From positions 1 to 25,195 of the IMG/VR virus record IMGVR_UViG_3300018757_000032: a stretch of 25,195 nt of DNA; one strand, 5' to 3'. Below, one piece after another: positions 6,447 through 16,863 of the stretch (its first letter is position 1; every line of letters begins with the position of its first letter). The notes below the pieces were generated by a model. That model was not told the origin of the DNA. It did no database searches and worked only from the letters and a program-made list of their open reading frames with translations. The stretch comes from a virus. Lineage: Duplodnaviria; Caudoviricetes. Both the position numbers and the translations under genes were made by a program.

Positions 6447-7119
6447 TTCGTCCGCTGAAATCACGCTTTACGGTTCGATAACTGGCGAAGGCTGGTTCAG
6501 TGAAAGTTCATCTAAAGCCTTTCAGTCTGAATTGAAAAGTTTAGGTGACGTGAGCTTTATTGATTTGTACATCAATTCGCCTGGTGGGGATGTTTTTGAG
6601 GGGCAGGCTATTCATTCGATGCTTCAGCGTCACAAGGCAAAAATCAATGTCTATGTGGATGCACTGGCTGGAAGTATTGCTTCTGTCATTGCAATGGCCG
6701 GCGATAAAATTACGATGCCGAGTAACGCCATGATGATGATTCACAACCCATACATGGGGATGGTCGGGAATGCCGCGGAATTCCGGAAGGCAGCCGATGA
6801 TCTGGATAAGATTACTGAAAGTATCGTTTCCACATATCTTGCGAAAGCAGGAGACAAACTGGACGACGGGACTTTACGCCAGCTGCTGGATGAGGAAACC
6901 TGGCTCACCGCCGATGAAGCTTTAAATTATGGTTTGATCGATATGGTTTCAGAATCAAAGGATGTAGCAGCCTGCATTGATCATCAGGTACTGGCACATT
7001 TTAAACATGTTCCAGGCAAAATTGTTGCTCAATCCGCTGCTGAAAGTCCGGCAGAAACTAAGCCGGATGAATTACTAAAACAAAAGATCAATATGAAACT
7101 TGAACTCTTAAATCTTTAA
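6391..7119 (+). CDS. ClpP-type head maturation protease (start uncertain)
   Basis: INSPGGDVFEG, ALAGSIASVIAMAGD, MMIHNP and ETWLTADEA motifs of the S14 family. Confidence 0.93.
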   Translation: MATEQKKKNKYWNMKVLNDSSAEITLYGSITGEGWFSESSSKAFQSELKSLGDVSFIDLYINSPGGDVFEGQAIHSMLQRHKAKINVYVDALAGSIASVIAMAGDKITMPSNAMMMIHNPYMGMVGNAAEFRKAADDLDKITESIVSTYLAKAGDKLDDGTLRQLLDEETWLTADEALNYGLIDMVSESKDVAACIDHQVLAHFKHVPGKIVAQSAAESPAETKPDELLKQKINMKLELLNL

Positions 7120-7132
7120 GGGTTCTTTTTTT
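7102..7132 (+). terminator. Terminator-like hairpin between protease and capsid
   Basis: GAACTCTTAA-ATCT-TTAAGGGTTC-TTTTTTT. Confidence 0.7.
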
Positions 7133-7158
7133 ATGCCATTTCTAAGGAGGACAAGCAT

Positions 7159-8439
7159 TTGAAACATAAAAAGTTAATGAACCTTGATATTCAATTTTTT
7201 GCCGGGGGCGGGATGTCCAAAAAAGAACGAGAATTGCGCCAGACCTTGGCGGAAAAACGTACAAAAATTGAAGCGCTGACCGATGAAGGGAAAATGGATG
7301 AAGCCAAAAAACTACTTGCAGAGGCTCAACAAATTAAAGATCAAATTCAGACATATGAAGATATCCGAAATATGCAGGTTTCATACGAACAGGAAGAGCC
7401 GCAGCATGATCCAGAGACAAAGAACCCGCAACAACCAACGGATGATATCGCTAAAACAGAAGTGAAGAACCATGTTCAGCTTTTTGCTTCCGCCCTTAAA
7501 ACAGGAAAGGTACCGCAGCCACTGGCTGCAATGAAAGAAGGTGTGGATGAGGACGGTGGCCTTATTGTCCCGCAAGATATCTCCACGAAAATTAATGAAA
7601 AACGACGTCAATTTGATACCCTGGCAAATCTCGTCGATGTCATTCCGGTATCAACAAACAAGGGTTCACGGGTTCTTGAAAAATTATCAGATATCACCCC
7701 ATTGGCAAACCTTGAGGAATTAGAAAATATTGAAGAGTTAGAGAATCCTAAGTTTGAAAACATTAAATATAACATCAAAGACTATGCCGGGATTTTGGTT
7801 CTTTCAAACGATTTGCTTGCAGATACACAGGAAGCGCTCTTACAGTATCTAACGACTTGGTTGGCGAAAAAATCAGCCGTAACCCGCAATACGTTGATCC
7901 TTAATCAATTGGGGACCCTTGCAAAAACAACGGTTTCAAAACAGGACGACATTAAAGACATTCTTAATGTCAAACTTGATCCAGCTATTAATGCGACAAC
8001 TAAAGTTGTCACAAACCAATCCGGCTTTAATATGTTGGATAAACTGAAAGACGCGTTCGGCCGCTATCTACTTCAGCCGAATCCTACAGACCCGACGAAA
8101 AAGTTGTTGTTTGGAAAGCCGGTTTCTGTGATTTCTGATAAGTATTTGCCGAGCAACGGCACAAAAACACCAAAACATCCGTTAATCATCGGAGACCTTA
8201 AAGAAGCCGTTAAACTGTTTGACCGCCAGCAGTATTCCATTTTAACGACAAATGTCGGTGGTAAAGCATTCTACCGTAACTCTACAGATGTGCGAATCAT
8301 TGAACGTGAGGACGTAGTCCTATGGGATACAGATGCGGTGGTTTACGCGGAATTTTCATCAATTAAAGATGCAGTTCCTGACAATGAAACTCCAAGCGCT
8401 GGCGGCTCAGAAGATAAATCAGTTGATGTTGGAAAATAA
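7159..8439 (+). CDS. Major capsid protein (HK97 fold, N-terminal coiled-coil delta domain)
   Basis: TTG start with AAGGAGG; DGGLIVPQDI, LKDAFGRYLLQP, LFGKPV and IIGDLKEA motifs. Confidence 0.95.
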   Translation: MKHKKLMNLDIQFFAGGGMSKKERELRQTLAEKRTKIEALTDEGKMDEAKKLLAEAQQIKDQIQTYEDIRNMQVSYEQEEPQHDPETKNPQQPTDDIAKTEVKNHVQLFASALKTGKVPQPLAAMKEGVDEDGGLIVPQDISTKINEKRRQFDTLANLVDVIPVSTNKGSRVLEKLSDITPLANLEELENIEELENPKFENIKYNIKDYAGILVLSNDLLADTQEALLQYLTTWLAKKSAVTRNTLILNQLGTLAKTTVSKQDDIKDILNVKLDPAINATTKVVTNQSGFNMLDKLKDAFGRYLLQPNPTDPTKKLLFGKPVSVISDKYLPSNGTKTPKHPLIIGDLKEAVKLFDRQQYSILTTNVGGKAFYRNSTDVRIIEREDVVLWDTDAVVYAEFSSIKDAVPDNETPSAGGSEDKSVDVGK

Positions 8440-8461
8440 TAAAAGAAAAGGATGAGGAAAA

Positions 8462-8887
8462 ATGGCAGATCAATTTTTAAACCAAAGCAATGGTGTTTAT
8501 ACTTCCGCAGAGGACGACGGCACAGGAAAACCGGTAACGCCTGTTTACTTGAAAGGCAACAGTGAAGATAATCCTTTATACATCAAAGGGATGCCGGGGG
8601 AACCTGGGCCGCAGGGACCCCAAGGTCCAAAAGGCGACAAGGGGGATAAAGGCGAACCAGGTCCGCAAGGTGAACAAGGACCACAAGGCCCGAAAGGTGA
8701 CAAAGGCGATCCGGCTGAAATTGGAGAGAAAAGTATCCTACATGAAATGCTTGCGGACAAGTCTGTTAGAAGCAACAACATCGGAACCGGCAGTGTCATG
8801 CCGGATCACTTTAACAGCGAAGTAAAGGCCATTTTTGAAGACCTACAAAAGCAAATTGATGAGCTCAAAGGCGGTTCATCTAGTTAA
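8462..8887 (+). CDS. Collagen-like repeat protein (putative head fibre/decoration)
   Basis: 14 consecutive Gly-X-Y triplets (8588-8713) and a C-terminal coiled coil; directly after the capsid gene. Confidence 0.85.
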   Translation: MADQFLNQSNGVYTSAEDDGTGKPVTPVYLKGNSEDNPLYIKGMPGEPGPQGPQGPKGDKGDKGEPGPQGEQGPQGPKGDKGDPAEIGEKSILHEMLADKSVRSNNIGTGSVMPDHFNSEVKAIFEDLQKQIDELKGGSSS

Positions 8888-8907
8888 CGAAAGATAGGTG
8901 ATGCCCT

Positions 8908-9210
8908 ATGACTGAAACCCAACAAAAAGAGCTTGAAGAGGTGAAAAAATTCCTCCGGGTCGATGGTGATCTGGAGGATGATTTAATTCTTGGGTTTATC
9001 GCTTCAGCAAAAGAATACATTACGACCGCAACGGGCCTGAAATTCCCAAATAATTCAGCTCGCGCAGATTTGTGTGTAAAGGCTTTTGTAACTCACTGGT
9101 ATGAAAACCGTGAAATAGCTGGCACAACTTCAAACCTTGATGGAGTTTTGACAACGTTGATCAATCAATTAAAATACACAGTTCCGGAGACTGAGGCCGA
9201 TGCTGAATGA
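8908..9210 (+). CDS. Head-tail connector (gp6-like)
   Basis: LEEVKKFLRVDGDLEDDLI...VTHWYENRE. Confidence 0.9.
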   Translation: MTETQQKELEEVKKFLRVDGDLEDDLILGFIASAKEYITTATGLKFPNNSARADLCVKAFVTHWYENREIAGTTSNLDGVLTTLINQLKYTVPETEADAE

Positions 9211-9508
9211 CATGCGATATCGAATCAAGTTTCAAAAGAAAAAAGAAGGCGGCCGTCTCCCTGTGGAAGGTGAATATGAAACTATCGTTGAATGCTGGGC
9301 AAAAGCTGAAGGATTAAAAGGCCGGGAATACTATGCAGCGGCGGCTGTACAAAAAGAACATACAGTAAAATTTACGATCCGACACCGAGAGGATATCGAC
9401 AAACATATGCGGATTCTGTTTCAGAACCAATCATATGAGATCGAATCAATTCTTCCGAACTATTCCCGAAGAAATTTCACCACAATCAGGGCAAAGGCGG
9501 TGGAATAA
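9200..9508 (+). CDS. Head closure / head-tail adaptor (SPP1 gp16-like)
   Basis: CWAKAEGLKGREYYAA...FTIRHR...MRI...YEIESI; gene order. Confidence 0.88.
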   Translation: MLNDMRYRIKFQKKKEGGRLPVEGEYETIVECWAKAEGLKGREYYAAAAVQKEHTVKFTIRHREDIDKHMRILFQNQSYEIESILPNYSRRNFTTIRAKAVE

Positions 9509-9906
9509 TGAAAATCGAAATGGAAATGCAGGGCTTTAAAGAATTAGATTCATATTTATCTTCACTTGCAAGAAAGGACGAAAAAATAAATAAAGCCACT
9601 GTGAAAGCCGGCGGCGCGATTCTTGCAAAGGAAATTAACAAGAATGCTCCCCGTTCCAATATTGGGGGGAGCCATCCTCACATTGATGAAGATATCATAG
9701 TCGGTAATCGTACGAGAAAGGACCCCGATGGTGAGATATATGCAGTGGTCGGCCCTACAAAAGATACAAAATACCGTGTCCACTTACCTGAGTTCGGTAC
9801 TATCCATCAACCGGCTAACCCGTTTATTCAGCAGAGTATGAAAAGTGCAAATGATCGAATGCTTGAAGCGATGGTAGCCGTTATCAGGAAAGGGTACAAG
9901 CTATGA
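9508..9906 (+). CDS. HK97 gp10-like tail component
   Basis: GFKEL...NAP...EFGTIHQPANPFI. Confidence 0.88.
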   Translation: MKIEMEMQGFKELDSYLSSLARKDEKINKATVKAGGAILAKEINKNAPRSNIGGSHPHIDEDIIVGNRTRKDPDGEIYAVVGPTKDTKYRVHLPEFGTIHQPANPFIQQSMKSANDRMLEAMVAVIRKGYKL

Positions 9907-10286
9907 ATGTGGCAGAGAGAGCATTACAACTAAAAAACAGAGTATTTGAAGCGCTGGAAACTGATCCGGCGCTTTTATTATTGGCTGATCCTGCAAACAT
10001 TTTTGAACTTGCGGTACCGATTGGTATCAAAAGCAAACCGCCTTATATCGTCGTACAGGAATTGGAGTACAGAACTACCAAGTGGGCTGACGGAAAGCCG
10101 ATCAAGGACAGTTCTGTATATCAAATCGATGTATACAACGCTTCTTCCTGCGATCAGATTTTGGCTGCCGTTGTTGGGGTCATGAATCGATTGGGTTTTC
10201 AAACATCGGTTTTAATCAATGGCTTTTTAAAAGATGAAGGGCTGATCCGGAAAGGTTACCGGTTTGAGGCCAATATTTTAATATAA
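9903..10286 (+). CDS. Tail completion/terminator protein
   Basis: PPYIVV...YQIDVY...MNRLGF; immediately before the major tail gene. Confidence 0.8.
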   Translation: MNVAERALQLKNRVFEALETDPALLLLADPANIFELAVPIGIKSKPPYIVVQELEYRTTKWADGKPIKDSSVYQIDVYNASSCDQILAAVVGVMNRLGFQTSVLINGFLKDEGLIRKGYRFEANILI

Positions 10287-10300
10287 TTGGAGGTTTAAGA

Positions 10301-10918
10301 ATGCCTGAATACAGTTCAGTTACCGGATTGGAAGGCGTTAAATTTGCGCCTTTAAAAAAGGAAAATGGCTTTTATGTAGCTACAAAAATTATTGATTACC
10401 CTTACGCAATTAACGCAAAGGTCAATACGGAAACATCAACAGAAAAGCAGTATGCAGACAACAAACTGGTGGATATGGCTGTCACGACTGGTTCCACAAA
10501 ATTGGAGCTTGAAATGCGGGATCTGCCAATGGAAATTTTGGAGGAATTGTTTGGGATAGAAGAAACAGACGGGATCTATATGTTCAAAAAGAATGTTATC
10601 GCGCCATGGGTTGCTATGTCTTTCTATGGGCCAAAAGCGAACGGCAAGAATCGCCATGTAGGCTTAGTGAAAGGGCGTTTTTCTCTTCCGGATGATGAAT
10701 GGAAAACAAAAGAAGAAAAGACAGACTTCCAAACAGTCAAACTTTCTGCTGAATTTATGGAACGAGAACAGGATGACATCTATAAAGTATTGGCTGATGA
10801 GGACGCACCGAATTTCAGCTTGGACAAGTTTTATGAAAAAGTGTTTGGCGATGCTTATAAAAATCCGGACTCAGGCTCTGATAATAAATCCAGCGTAGAC
10901 ATTGGAAAGACAGTATAA
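10301..10918 (+). CDS. Major tail (tube) protein, phi13-like family
   Basis: GLEGVKFA, QYADN, LVKGRFSLP..EWKTKEE; gene order; RBS GGAGG. Confidence 0.9.
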   Translation: MPEYSSVTGLEGVKFAPLKKENGFYVATKIIDYPYAINAKVNTETSTEKQYADNKLVDMAVTTGSTKLELEMRDLPMEILEELFGIEETDGIYMFKKNVIAPWVAMSFYGPKANGKNRHVGLVKGRFSLPDDEWKTKEEKTDFQTVKLSAEFMEREQDDIYKVLADEDAPNFSLDKFYEKVFGDAYKNPDSGSDNKSSVDIGKTV

Positions 10919-10942
10919 AGGGAAGCTCCGTGCTTCTTTTTT
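10919..10942 (+). terminator. Terminator-like hairpin after major tail gene
   Basis: GGAAGC-TCCGT-GCTTCT followed by a T-run. Confidence 0.55.
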
Positions 10943-10971
10943 AAATCTAGCAAAATAAAGGAGGAGTCAAC

Positions 10972-11337
10972 ATGGCTCAAAAACAAATTTCGGTTAAATT
11001 ATGGTTTGAAAAAGAAGAAAAATACAAAACATTTATTGCACCTCGCACAAATACAAAAACTTTGTATGAAGCTCTTGAGTTAGATGAGGCAGCCGCTAAA
11101 AATACCAACAGTATTAAGGCAGTGCTTAAAAGCCTTGAAGATCGTATGAAATTCATTGTGCGTGTATTCCATAATCAATTTACTTTAGAGGAATTTCAAG
11201 AAGGCCTTCAGTCCTTTGAAGTTTCAAACGAAGTAAGGCGAATCATGGGCGAAATTATGGGTTATGAGGAAGTTAAGGAGGAAGAAGATTTTTTATCGGC
11301 AGCGGAAGCGGAGGCCTTTCGGCAGAAAAAGGAATAG
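10972..11337 (+). CDS. Tail assembly chaperone (gpG-like)
   Basis: Between major tail and tape measure; RBS AAGGAGG; slippery T TTT TTA at 11289-11295. Confidence 0.85.
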   Translation: MAQKQISVKLWFEKEEKYKTFIAPRTNTKTLYEALELDEAAAKNTNSIKAVLKSLEDRMKFIVRVFHNQFTLEEFQEGLQSFEVSNEVRRIMGEIMGYEEVKEEEDFLSAAEAEAFRQKKE

Positions 11338-11483
11338 AACAGCTCAATGATTTATATGCGGCCCTTTTAAAACAGGGATGGACCATGACTGAAATTGACG
11401 AGATGGATATTTACCATTACTTAGAAGTCATGGCTCATGAAAATAAACCAAAAGTTGTTCCAATTGATCAAGTGTTTTTCTAA
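11295..11483 (+). CDS. gpT-like extension reached by -1 frameshift (gpGT fusion 10972..11483, about 170 aa)
   Basis: The -1 frame is open from the slippery site: IGSGSGGLSAEKGIEQLNDLYAALLKQGWTMTEIDEMDIYHYLEVMAHENKPKVVPIDQVFF*. Confidence 0.82.
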   Translation: MGSGSGGLSAEKGIEQLNDLYAALLKQGWTMTEIDEMDIYHYLEVMAHENKPKVVPIDQVFF

Positions 11484-11509
11484 GACTGGCTTTATCGCCG
11501 GTCTTTTTT
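11483..11509 (+). terminator. Terminator-like hairpin before tape measure
   Basis: AGACTGGC-TTTATC-GCCGGTCT-TTTTT. Confidence 0.65.
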
Positions 11510-11545
11510 CGTTGAGTTTATGCCAGGGAAGCGGGGTGGATACAT

Positions 11546-14500
11546 ATGGCGCAACCTATCGGAAATATGATTATTAAAGTAGGCCTTGATGATACCGGCT
11601 TTAATCGTGGAATTGAAGGTTTAAAGCGGCAAATGCGTTTAGCGAATTCGGAAATGAAAGCATCCGGTGCAGTTTATAAAGCTGCGGGAAATCAGTCAAA
11701 GTTTCTTCAATCGCAAGTAGAAGGACTCAATAACAAATACCGCATACAAGGCCGTTTAGTAGATGAGCATCGAACAAAATACAATAAGTTAGTCAGAGAA
11801 AAAGGGCTGGACAACCGAGAAACGCAGATACAAGGTCGCCGGCTGAATGATGCAATTGCCGTTCACCAAAGCCTTGGAAATGAACTGCAACGAGTAACAA
11901 AACTATTTGAAAATACCACAAACAGCACCCGGCGAGCAGCGGGTGTTTTTTCTGTGTTTAAGCGTAATTCAGGAGAAGTATCTAAAGAGCTAAACGCGGT
12001 GTATCAATCAGCTACAACCGCCGGAAAGGCTCTTTCTGCTATCGGTGCAGCAGGAACTTTGGGAATCGGCATGTCTGTTAAAGCCGCAGCTGATTTTGAG
12101 AAAGCGATGAGCCGCGTAAGTGCTTTGGCAAATGCAACAAATGATCAAATGGGTGAGCTTACAAAAACAGCCCGTCATTTGGGTGCAACAACTCAATATA
12201 CAGATGGGCAAGTGGCAGAAGGTATGCAGTACCTTGCGATGGCCGGATATAAAACAAATCAAATTATCGGGGCTATGCCTGGCCTTCTCGCGACTGCCGC
12301 AGCTGGTCAAACAGACCTTGGAGTTACGGCCGATATCGTTTCTGACATTTTGACTGAATTTCATATCAAGGCTGAAGATACAAACCGTGTTGCGGATGCA
12401 ATGACATATACTTTTACGAATTCAAACGCCACCCTGCAAGAAATCGGGCAAACAATGAAATATGCAGCACCGGCCGCAAAAACAGCGGGAGTCAGTATGG
12501 AGGAATTGGCGGCGGCAACCGGTATCATGGCAAACAGCGGGATTAAAGCCGATATGGCAGGAACGGCTTTAAGGTCTACCTTGACGCGACTCTCTGCACC
12601 ACCAAAACCAGCTGCATCAGCGATTGAAGAGTTGGGTCTAAAAGTTACAGATTCAACCGGTAGAATGCGTCCGCTTGCTGATATTATCGGACAAATCAAT
12701 GAGAAAACAAAAGATTATACCGAAACTGAGCAAATTCGTATTGCAAAACAGCTGGCGGGGCAACATGCGCTTTCCGGTTTTATTACCTTAATGCACGCCG
12801 GGAAAGATAAGCTTCAAGAATTCACAAAAGAAGTTGAAGGAAGCGGCGGCACAGCTGAAAGAGTAGCCAAACAGCAAATGGACAACCTGGCTGGCTCTAT
12901 TGATTATCTTAAATCTGCTACAAACAATGCTGTTATCACTTTTGGAAATCAGTTCTTACCTGTTATCCGGGCTACAGCTGACGGACTAACGAAGCTTGTA
13001 ACCTGGTTTGATTCATTGCCCCCTTCCGTTGCGAGCACTATTGCAATTACTGGCGGAGCCGTCACTGTATTTTCACTATTAGGTGGCGCGTTCTTACTAT
13101 TGCTTGGCTCATTGCCAAAGGTAGCAGCAGGCTGGAATATGCTTCGGACCGCGGGCGGGTATTTAACACGGAATGTAAATCAAGCATCAGCCAGTCTTGG
13201 GGTTTATTCTACGGAAGCCATTGCAGCGGGCGCAGCTTCCAGAACAGCGGCTGCAGGAATGACAACAACATCTGCGGCGGCTGCGGCAGCATCCACACGA
13301 ATGGGACGTTTTCATCAGTCAGCCAATCTGGCAACAACCAGAGTCGGGAGGCTCGAACAATCATCCAGCAGAAGTGCTAAAGCCATGCGGGGCCTGGGCG
13401 GTGCTTCACGTGTTGCCGGCGTTGGTCTTGGATTGTTTGGCGGACCAGTTGGTTCAATTGCCGGGCTAATTCTTTCATTTGCTCCTGAACTCTTAAAATT
13501 CGGCGGGAGTATTTTAAAGGTTGGAGCCAATGCAATTAAAGGCGCCGGCGGCTTTATGAATTTAGCAAAAAGCGGTTTTGGCCTATTCAACATTCTCAAA
13601 AAAGGAGCAGGAGTTGTCGGCCTTTTACGTAGCGGATTGAGCTTGTTAGGTGGTCCTGTTGGTCTTGCTGTAACAGGAGTGACACTTTTAACCGAAGCTG
13701 GTACAAAGTATTATGACAATCTGAAGAAAAGGGTTCTTCCATCGACTATTGATTTTGGTGAGGGAGTATCGAAGGCAACTGCAAAAGCTGTGAATGCTTA
13801 TGAAGATATGAATATTAAAGTCACAGCAAAGCTCAATACCCTTCGAGCAACAAATACAAAGATCACCAAGGATATTGCCGATGATGTGACAAAGCAATTC
13901 ACTGAAATGGGAGACTCGTTGAAAAAGGGATTTCAAACAAGTGCCGATTCAGCCACCAAAGTGTTACAAGATTTTTATGCTTCAAATGATAAAACATCAG
14001 ATAAAGAAGCAGCTAAAATTCTCAATAAAATCAAAAATGGGAATGATAAGAAGCAGAAAGAAATACAAGGTTATGTGGATCGGGTAAATGAAATTTACAG
14101 AACCGCGGCTGAAGAGAATCGTAAAACAACAGCAAAAGAAAATAAGGAAATAGCAGAGATACAGGGGAAAATGTTGGCTCAAATGGAGACAGCTCTTACT
14201 CGAAGCAAGGACGAACAAATTAAAATTTCAAGAAAGCTGAAGGAAGAATCCTCTAACCTATCTGCTAAACAGGCTGCTGCTGTAGTAAAAAATAGTAATA
14301 AAGCAAAAGAAAAAACAATAAAAGCAGCCGAAAAGCAGCGCGATTCTGTTATTGCTGCTGCTGATGATCAGTATTATGTAAAAGGCACAATTTCAAAGGA
14401 AGAGCACGATGACACTGTTGAAAAAGCAAGAAGCCAAACCAAAAAAACAATTAAGCAAGCAGAAAAGACGCATCAAGGTGTAGTCAAGGAGGCAAAGCTT

Positions 14501-16015
14501 CAAGCTTATGGACATCTTGATCAAGTTGATTTTGAGACAGGTGAAGTCCTTAATAAATGGGATATTTTTGTCCTCGACTTAGCTGGTGTTGTGAATAAGA
14601 TTACCGGTGGAATTAACACGGTTCTTGAATTTATGCATGCCCCAACCATTCCAGAGTGGAAGCCTAAAGGTTATAATGGCCGGTCTGAAAAAATGCAAAT
14701 TGCGCCTGGGGCTAATTATGCGAAAGGGACAGACTTTCACCCTGGAGGAAAAGCGCTTGTTGGTGAAGAAGGATGGGAGCTTGCACATACACCAGGCGTC
14801 GGAACTTATGTTGTAGGGGCAAGCGGCCCGCAAATTTGGGACCTACCGCGCGGAACATCTGTACTTCCTCATGATCAGTCAAAAGAGCTTGCGGCTTCGG
14901 GGCTTCCTGGGTATGCAGGCGGGGTTGGCGACTTTTTCAAAAAAGCTGCTGAAGGCTCTAAGAAAATGGTCAACGGAGCAATTTCTTTCGGAAAAGGTGT
15001 TGTGGACAGAGTCGGGGATGTTAGTTCAAGCGCTATGGACTTGATTATTAACGGTCCCGGTAAATTGATTAAAAAACTTTTTAGCGGGCTAATACCATAC
15101 AAATCAGGAAAAGGCATTGATTCGTTTGGAACCGGTATATTCAAGACCTTAAAAAATGGGGCAACTGAATTTTTGAAAGGAGTCATGCCAGAGCCGTCCA
15201 CATTTAAAGGGACCGGAGGAACGAAATCCGTAAACCAATGGGTGACAGAGGCTGTAGGTTTAGCGGGGGTACCTCTTTCATGGATTCCAGGGCTTGTGAC
15301 CATCGCCATGAAGGAAAGCGGCGGAAATCCAAATGCTATCAACTTATGGGATTCCAACGCGAAAGCAGGCCATCCTTCACAGGGATTGATGCAGACGATC
15401 CCGAGCACTTTTAACGCAAATAAGTTTCCTGGTCATAACAACATTTTGAATCCGATAGATAATACGTTGGCTGCAATTAACTATATCAAGCGCAGATATG
15501 GAGACATTAGCAATCATCCAGGCTTAAAATCAATGGCCCGGGGTGGCGGCTATGTTGGTTATGCAAAAGGCGGTATCTCGCCAGGTCGAGGCGGCTCAAA
15601 ATGGGCCGTTTTAAATGAACGAGGGTATGATGAAACAACCATCACGGAAGACCCTTCATATAGGGAGCGTAATATTGGGCTATGGACTCGGATAGGTAGT
15701 AAGCTTGGCGTACTTCCGGATTTGCAGGATGGGATGATTTCAAAAGCACTTCTCCTGCTTCAAAAAGTTTCGGCAAAACCTGAACAAGAGCTGTCACCAT
15801 CTAATGATTTTTCTGTGGACATTAGCCGTGTTGTAAAGAATCAAGAAAAACAAATCAGTATGATGGCAAAGCAGATTGATTTTCTAAATAAAAATGTGCA
15901 GCTCTTGCAGCAGCTTTTACTTAAAGACAACAACACATATCTGGATGGCAGAAAAATTGACCAATCAGCCGGGGATCGGTTTACTCGAACTTCATTTATA
16001 AACGGGGTGAGATAG
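11546..16015 (+). CDS. Tail tape measure protein with C-terminal lytic transglycosylase (SLT) domain
   Basis: 1489 aa, Ala/Gly-rich, TP901-type core ([11 protein letters not shown]...[12 protein letters not shown]); [10 protein letters not shown]...GLMQ...[11 protein letters not shown] near the C-terminus. Confidence 0.95.
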   Translation: MAQPIGNMIIKVGLDDTGFNRGIEGLKRQMRLANSEMKASGAVYKAAGNQSKFLQSQVEGLNNKYRIQGRLVDEHRTKYNKLVREKGLDNRETQIQGRRLNDAIAVHQSLGNELQRVTKLFENTTNSTRRAAGVFSVFKRNSGEVSKELNAVYQSATTAGKALSAIGAAGTLGIGMSVKAAADFEKAMSRVSALANATNDQMGELTKTARHLGATTQYTDGQVAEGMQYLAMAGYKTNQIIGAMPGLLATAAAGQTDLGVTADIVSDILTEFHIKAEDTNRVADAMTYTFTNSNATLQEIGQTMKYAAPAAKTAGVSMEELAAATGIMANSGIKADMAGTALRSTLTRLSAPPKPAASAIEELGLKVTDSTGRMRPLADIIGQINEKTKDYTETEQIRIAKQLAGQHALSGFITLMHAGKDKLQEFTKEVEGSGGTAERVAKQQMDNLAGSIDYLKSATNNAVITFGNQFLPVIRATADGLTKLVTWFDSLPPSVASTIAITGGAVTVFSLLGGAFLLLLGSLPKVAAGWNMLRTAGGYLTRNVNQASASLGVYSTEAIAAGAASRTAAAGMTTTSAAAAAASTRMGRFHQSANLATTRVGRLEQSSSRSAKAMRGLGGASRVAGVGLGLFGGPVGSIAGLILSFAPELLKFGGSILKVGANAIKGAGGFMNLAKSGFGLFNILKKGAGVVGLLRSGLSLLGGPVGLAVTGVTLLTEAGTKYYDNLKKRVLPSTIDFGEGVSKATAKAVNAYEDMNIKVTAKLNTLRATNTKITKDIADDVTKQFTEMGDSLKKGFQTSADSATKVLQDFYASNDKTSDKEAAKILNKIKNGNDKKQKEIQGYVDRVNEIYRTAAEENRKTTAKENKEIAEIQGKMLAQMETALTRSKDEQIKISRKLKEESSNLSAKQAAAVVKNSNKAKEKTIKAAEKQRDSVIAAADDQYYVKGTISKEEHDDTVEKARSQTKKTIKQAEKTHQGVVKEAKLQAYGHLDQVDFETGEVLNKWDIFVLDLAGVVNKITGGINTVLEFMHAPTIPEWKPKGYNGRSEKMQIAPGANYAKGTDFHPGGKALVGEEGWELAHTPGVGTYVVGASGPQIWDLPRGTSVLPHDQSKELAASGLPGYAGGVGDFFKKAAEGSKKMVNGAISFGKGVVDRVGDVSSSAMDLIINGPGKLIKKLFSGLIPYKSGKGIDSFGTGIFKTLKNGATEFLKGVMPEPSTFKGTGGTKSVNQWVTEAVGLAGVPLSWIPGLVTIAMKESGGNPNAINLWDSNAKAGHPSQGLMQTIPSTFNANKFPGHNNILNPIDNTLAAINYIKRRYGDISNHPGLKSMARGGGYVGYAKGGISPGRGGSKWAVLNERGYDETTITEDPSYRERNIGLWTRIGSKLGVLPDLQDGMISKALLLLQKVSAKPEQELSPSNDFSVDISRVVKNQEKQISMMAKQIDFLNKNVQLLQQLLLKDNNTYLDGRKIDQSAGDRFTRTSFINGVR

Positions 16016-16851
16016 TGAAATTATTCCTTGATTACGATAATGGACTTGGGGAGCAGAGCTTAAATAGCCTGCTTCCTTTTTTTGAACCTTTAAGCTTCAC
16101 GCCTGAAGCACCGGGGATTGATCGTGAAACGGTTAGCATCCCGAGAATAAACGGAGTTGTCCTTCCGCAGCATCCTCGGGATGTCACATATACAGAAAGA
16201 AAAATAACTGTTGAATTCTATTTAAATTCAGTCATCGCTGAAAACTTTTATCAATTTAGGCGGGAACTTTATGCGCTTTTAGTCAAGCCGTTCCCCTATT
16301 ATATCTCGACCGATTTATTGCCGAATCTTCGTTTTCGTGTAACTTGTGATGGGAATTTTAGTATTCCAAAAGAAAAGGAGAAAAACTTTGTAACGTTCAC
16401 AGTTGAATTTAACAACATCACGGGACTGGCAGAATCAAAATTTACTTCTCTGACAAAGCAGAATTTTGATGGAGAACATTGGAGTCCGGGAATGAATATT
16501 CACATGCGTGACGATCTGGAATACAGGTTCAAAAATCGAAAGAGGTTTCAGGTTTATAACACCGGTGATGCCTATATCAATCCTCTGGAACATGCCTATA
16601 ATGTGACCTTATGGGCAGCCGGAAAAAATGTGACGATCATTAACCATACAAATGGTGAAAAGCTTAAAATTGAGCAAGAATTAAAAAAATCGCAGCGTGT
16701 TTCTTTTATCAAGCAATACACGGTGATCAATAAAACACCTATCAAAACATCCGGCAGGCTCCCGGGACTCGATATAGGAATGAATGAGTTTGAAATTCAA
16801 AATACCAGTGATTTTGAGATTATATTCGATACTCGTTTTTACTATCCGTAA
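16015..16851 (+). CDS. Distal tail protein (Dit)
   Basis: GTG start overlapping the TMP stop; 278 aa; VYNTGD...GMNEFEI; position. Confidence 0.85.
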   Translation: MKLFLDYDNGLGEQSLNSLLPFFEPLSFTPEAPGIDRETVSIPRINGVVLPQHPRDVTYTERKITVEFYLNSVIAENFYQFRRELYALLVKPFPYYISTDLLPNLRFRVTCDGNFSIPKEKEKNFVTFTVEFNNITGLAESKFTSLTKQNFDGEHWSPGMNIHMRDDLEYRFKNRKRFQVYNTGDAYINPLEHAYNVTLWAAGKNVTIINHTNGEKLKIEQELKKSQRVSFIKQYTVINKTPIKTSGRLPGLDIGMNEFEIQNTSDFEIIFDTRFYYP

Positions 16852-16863
16852 GGAGCATGTAAA

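Noticed and set aside
8428-8464. Frameshift fusion of capsid to the collagen-like protein
   Set aside because: The collagen frame has an in-frame TGA at 8453 before its ATG, and the gene has its own RBS.
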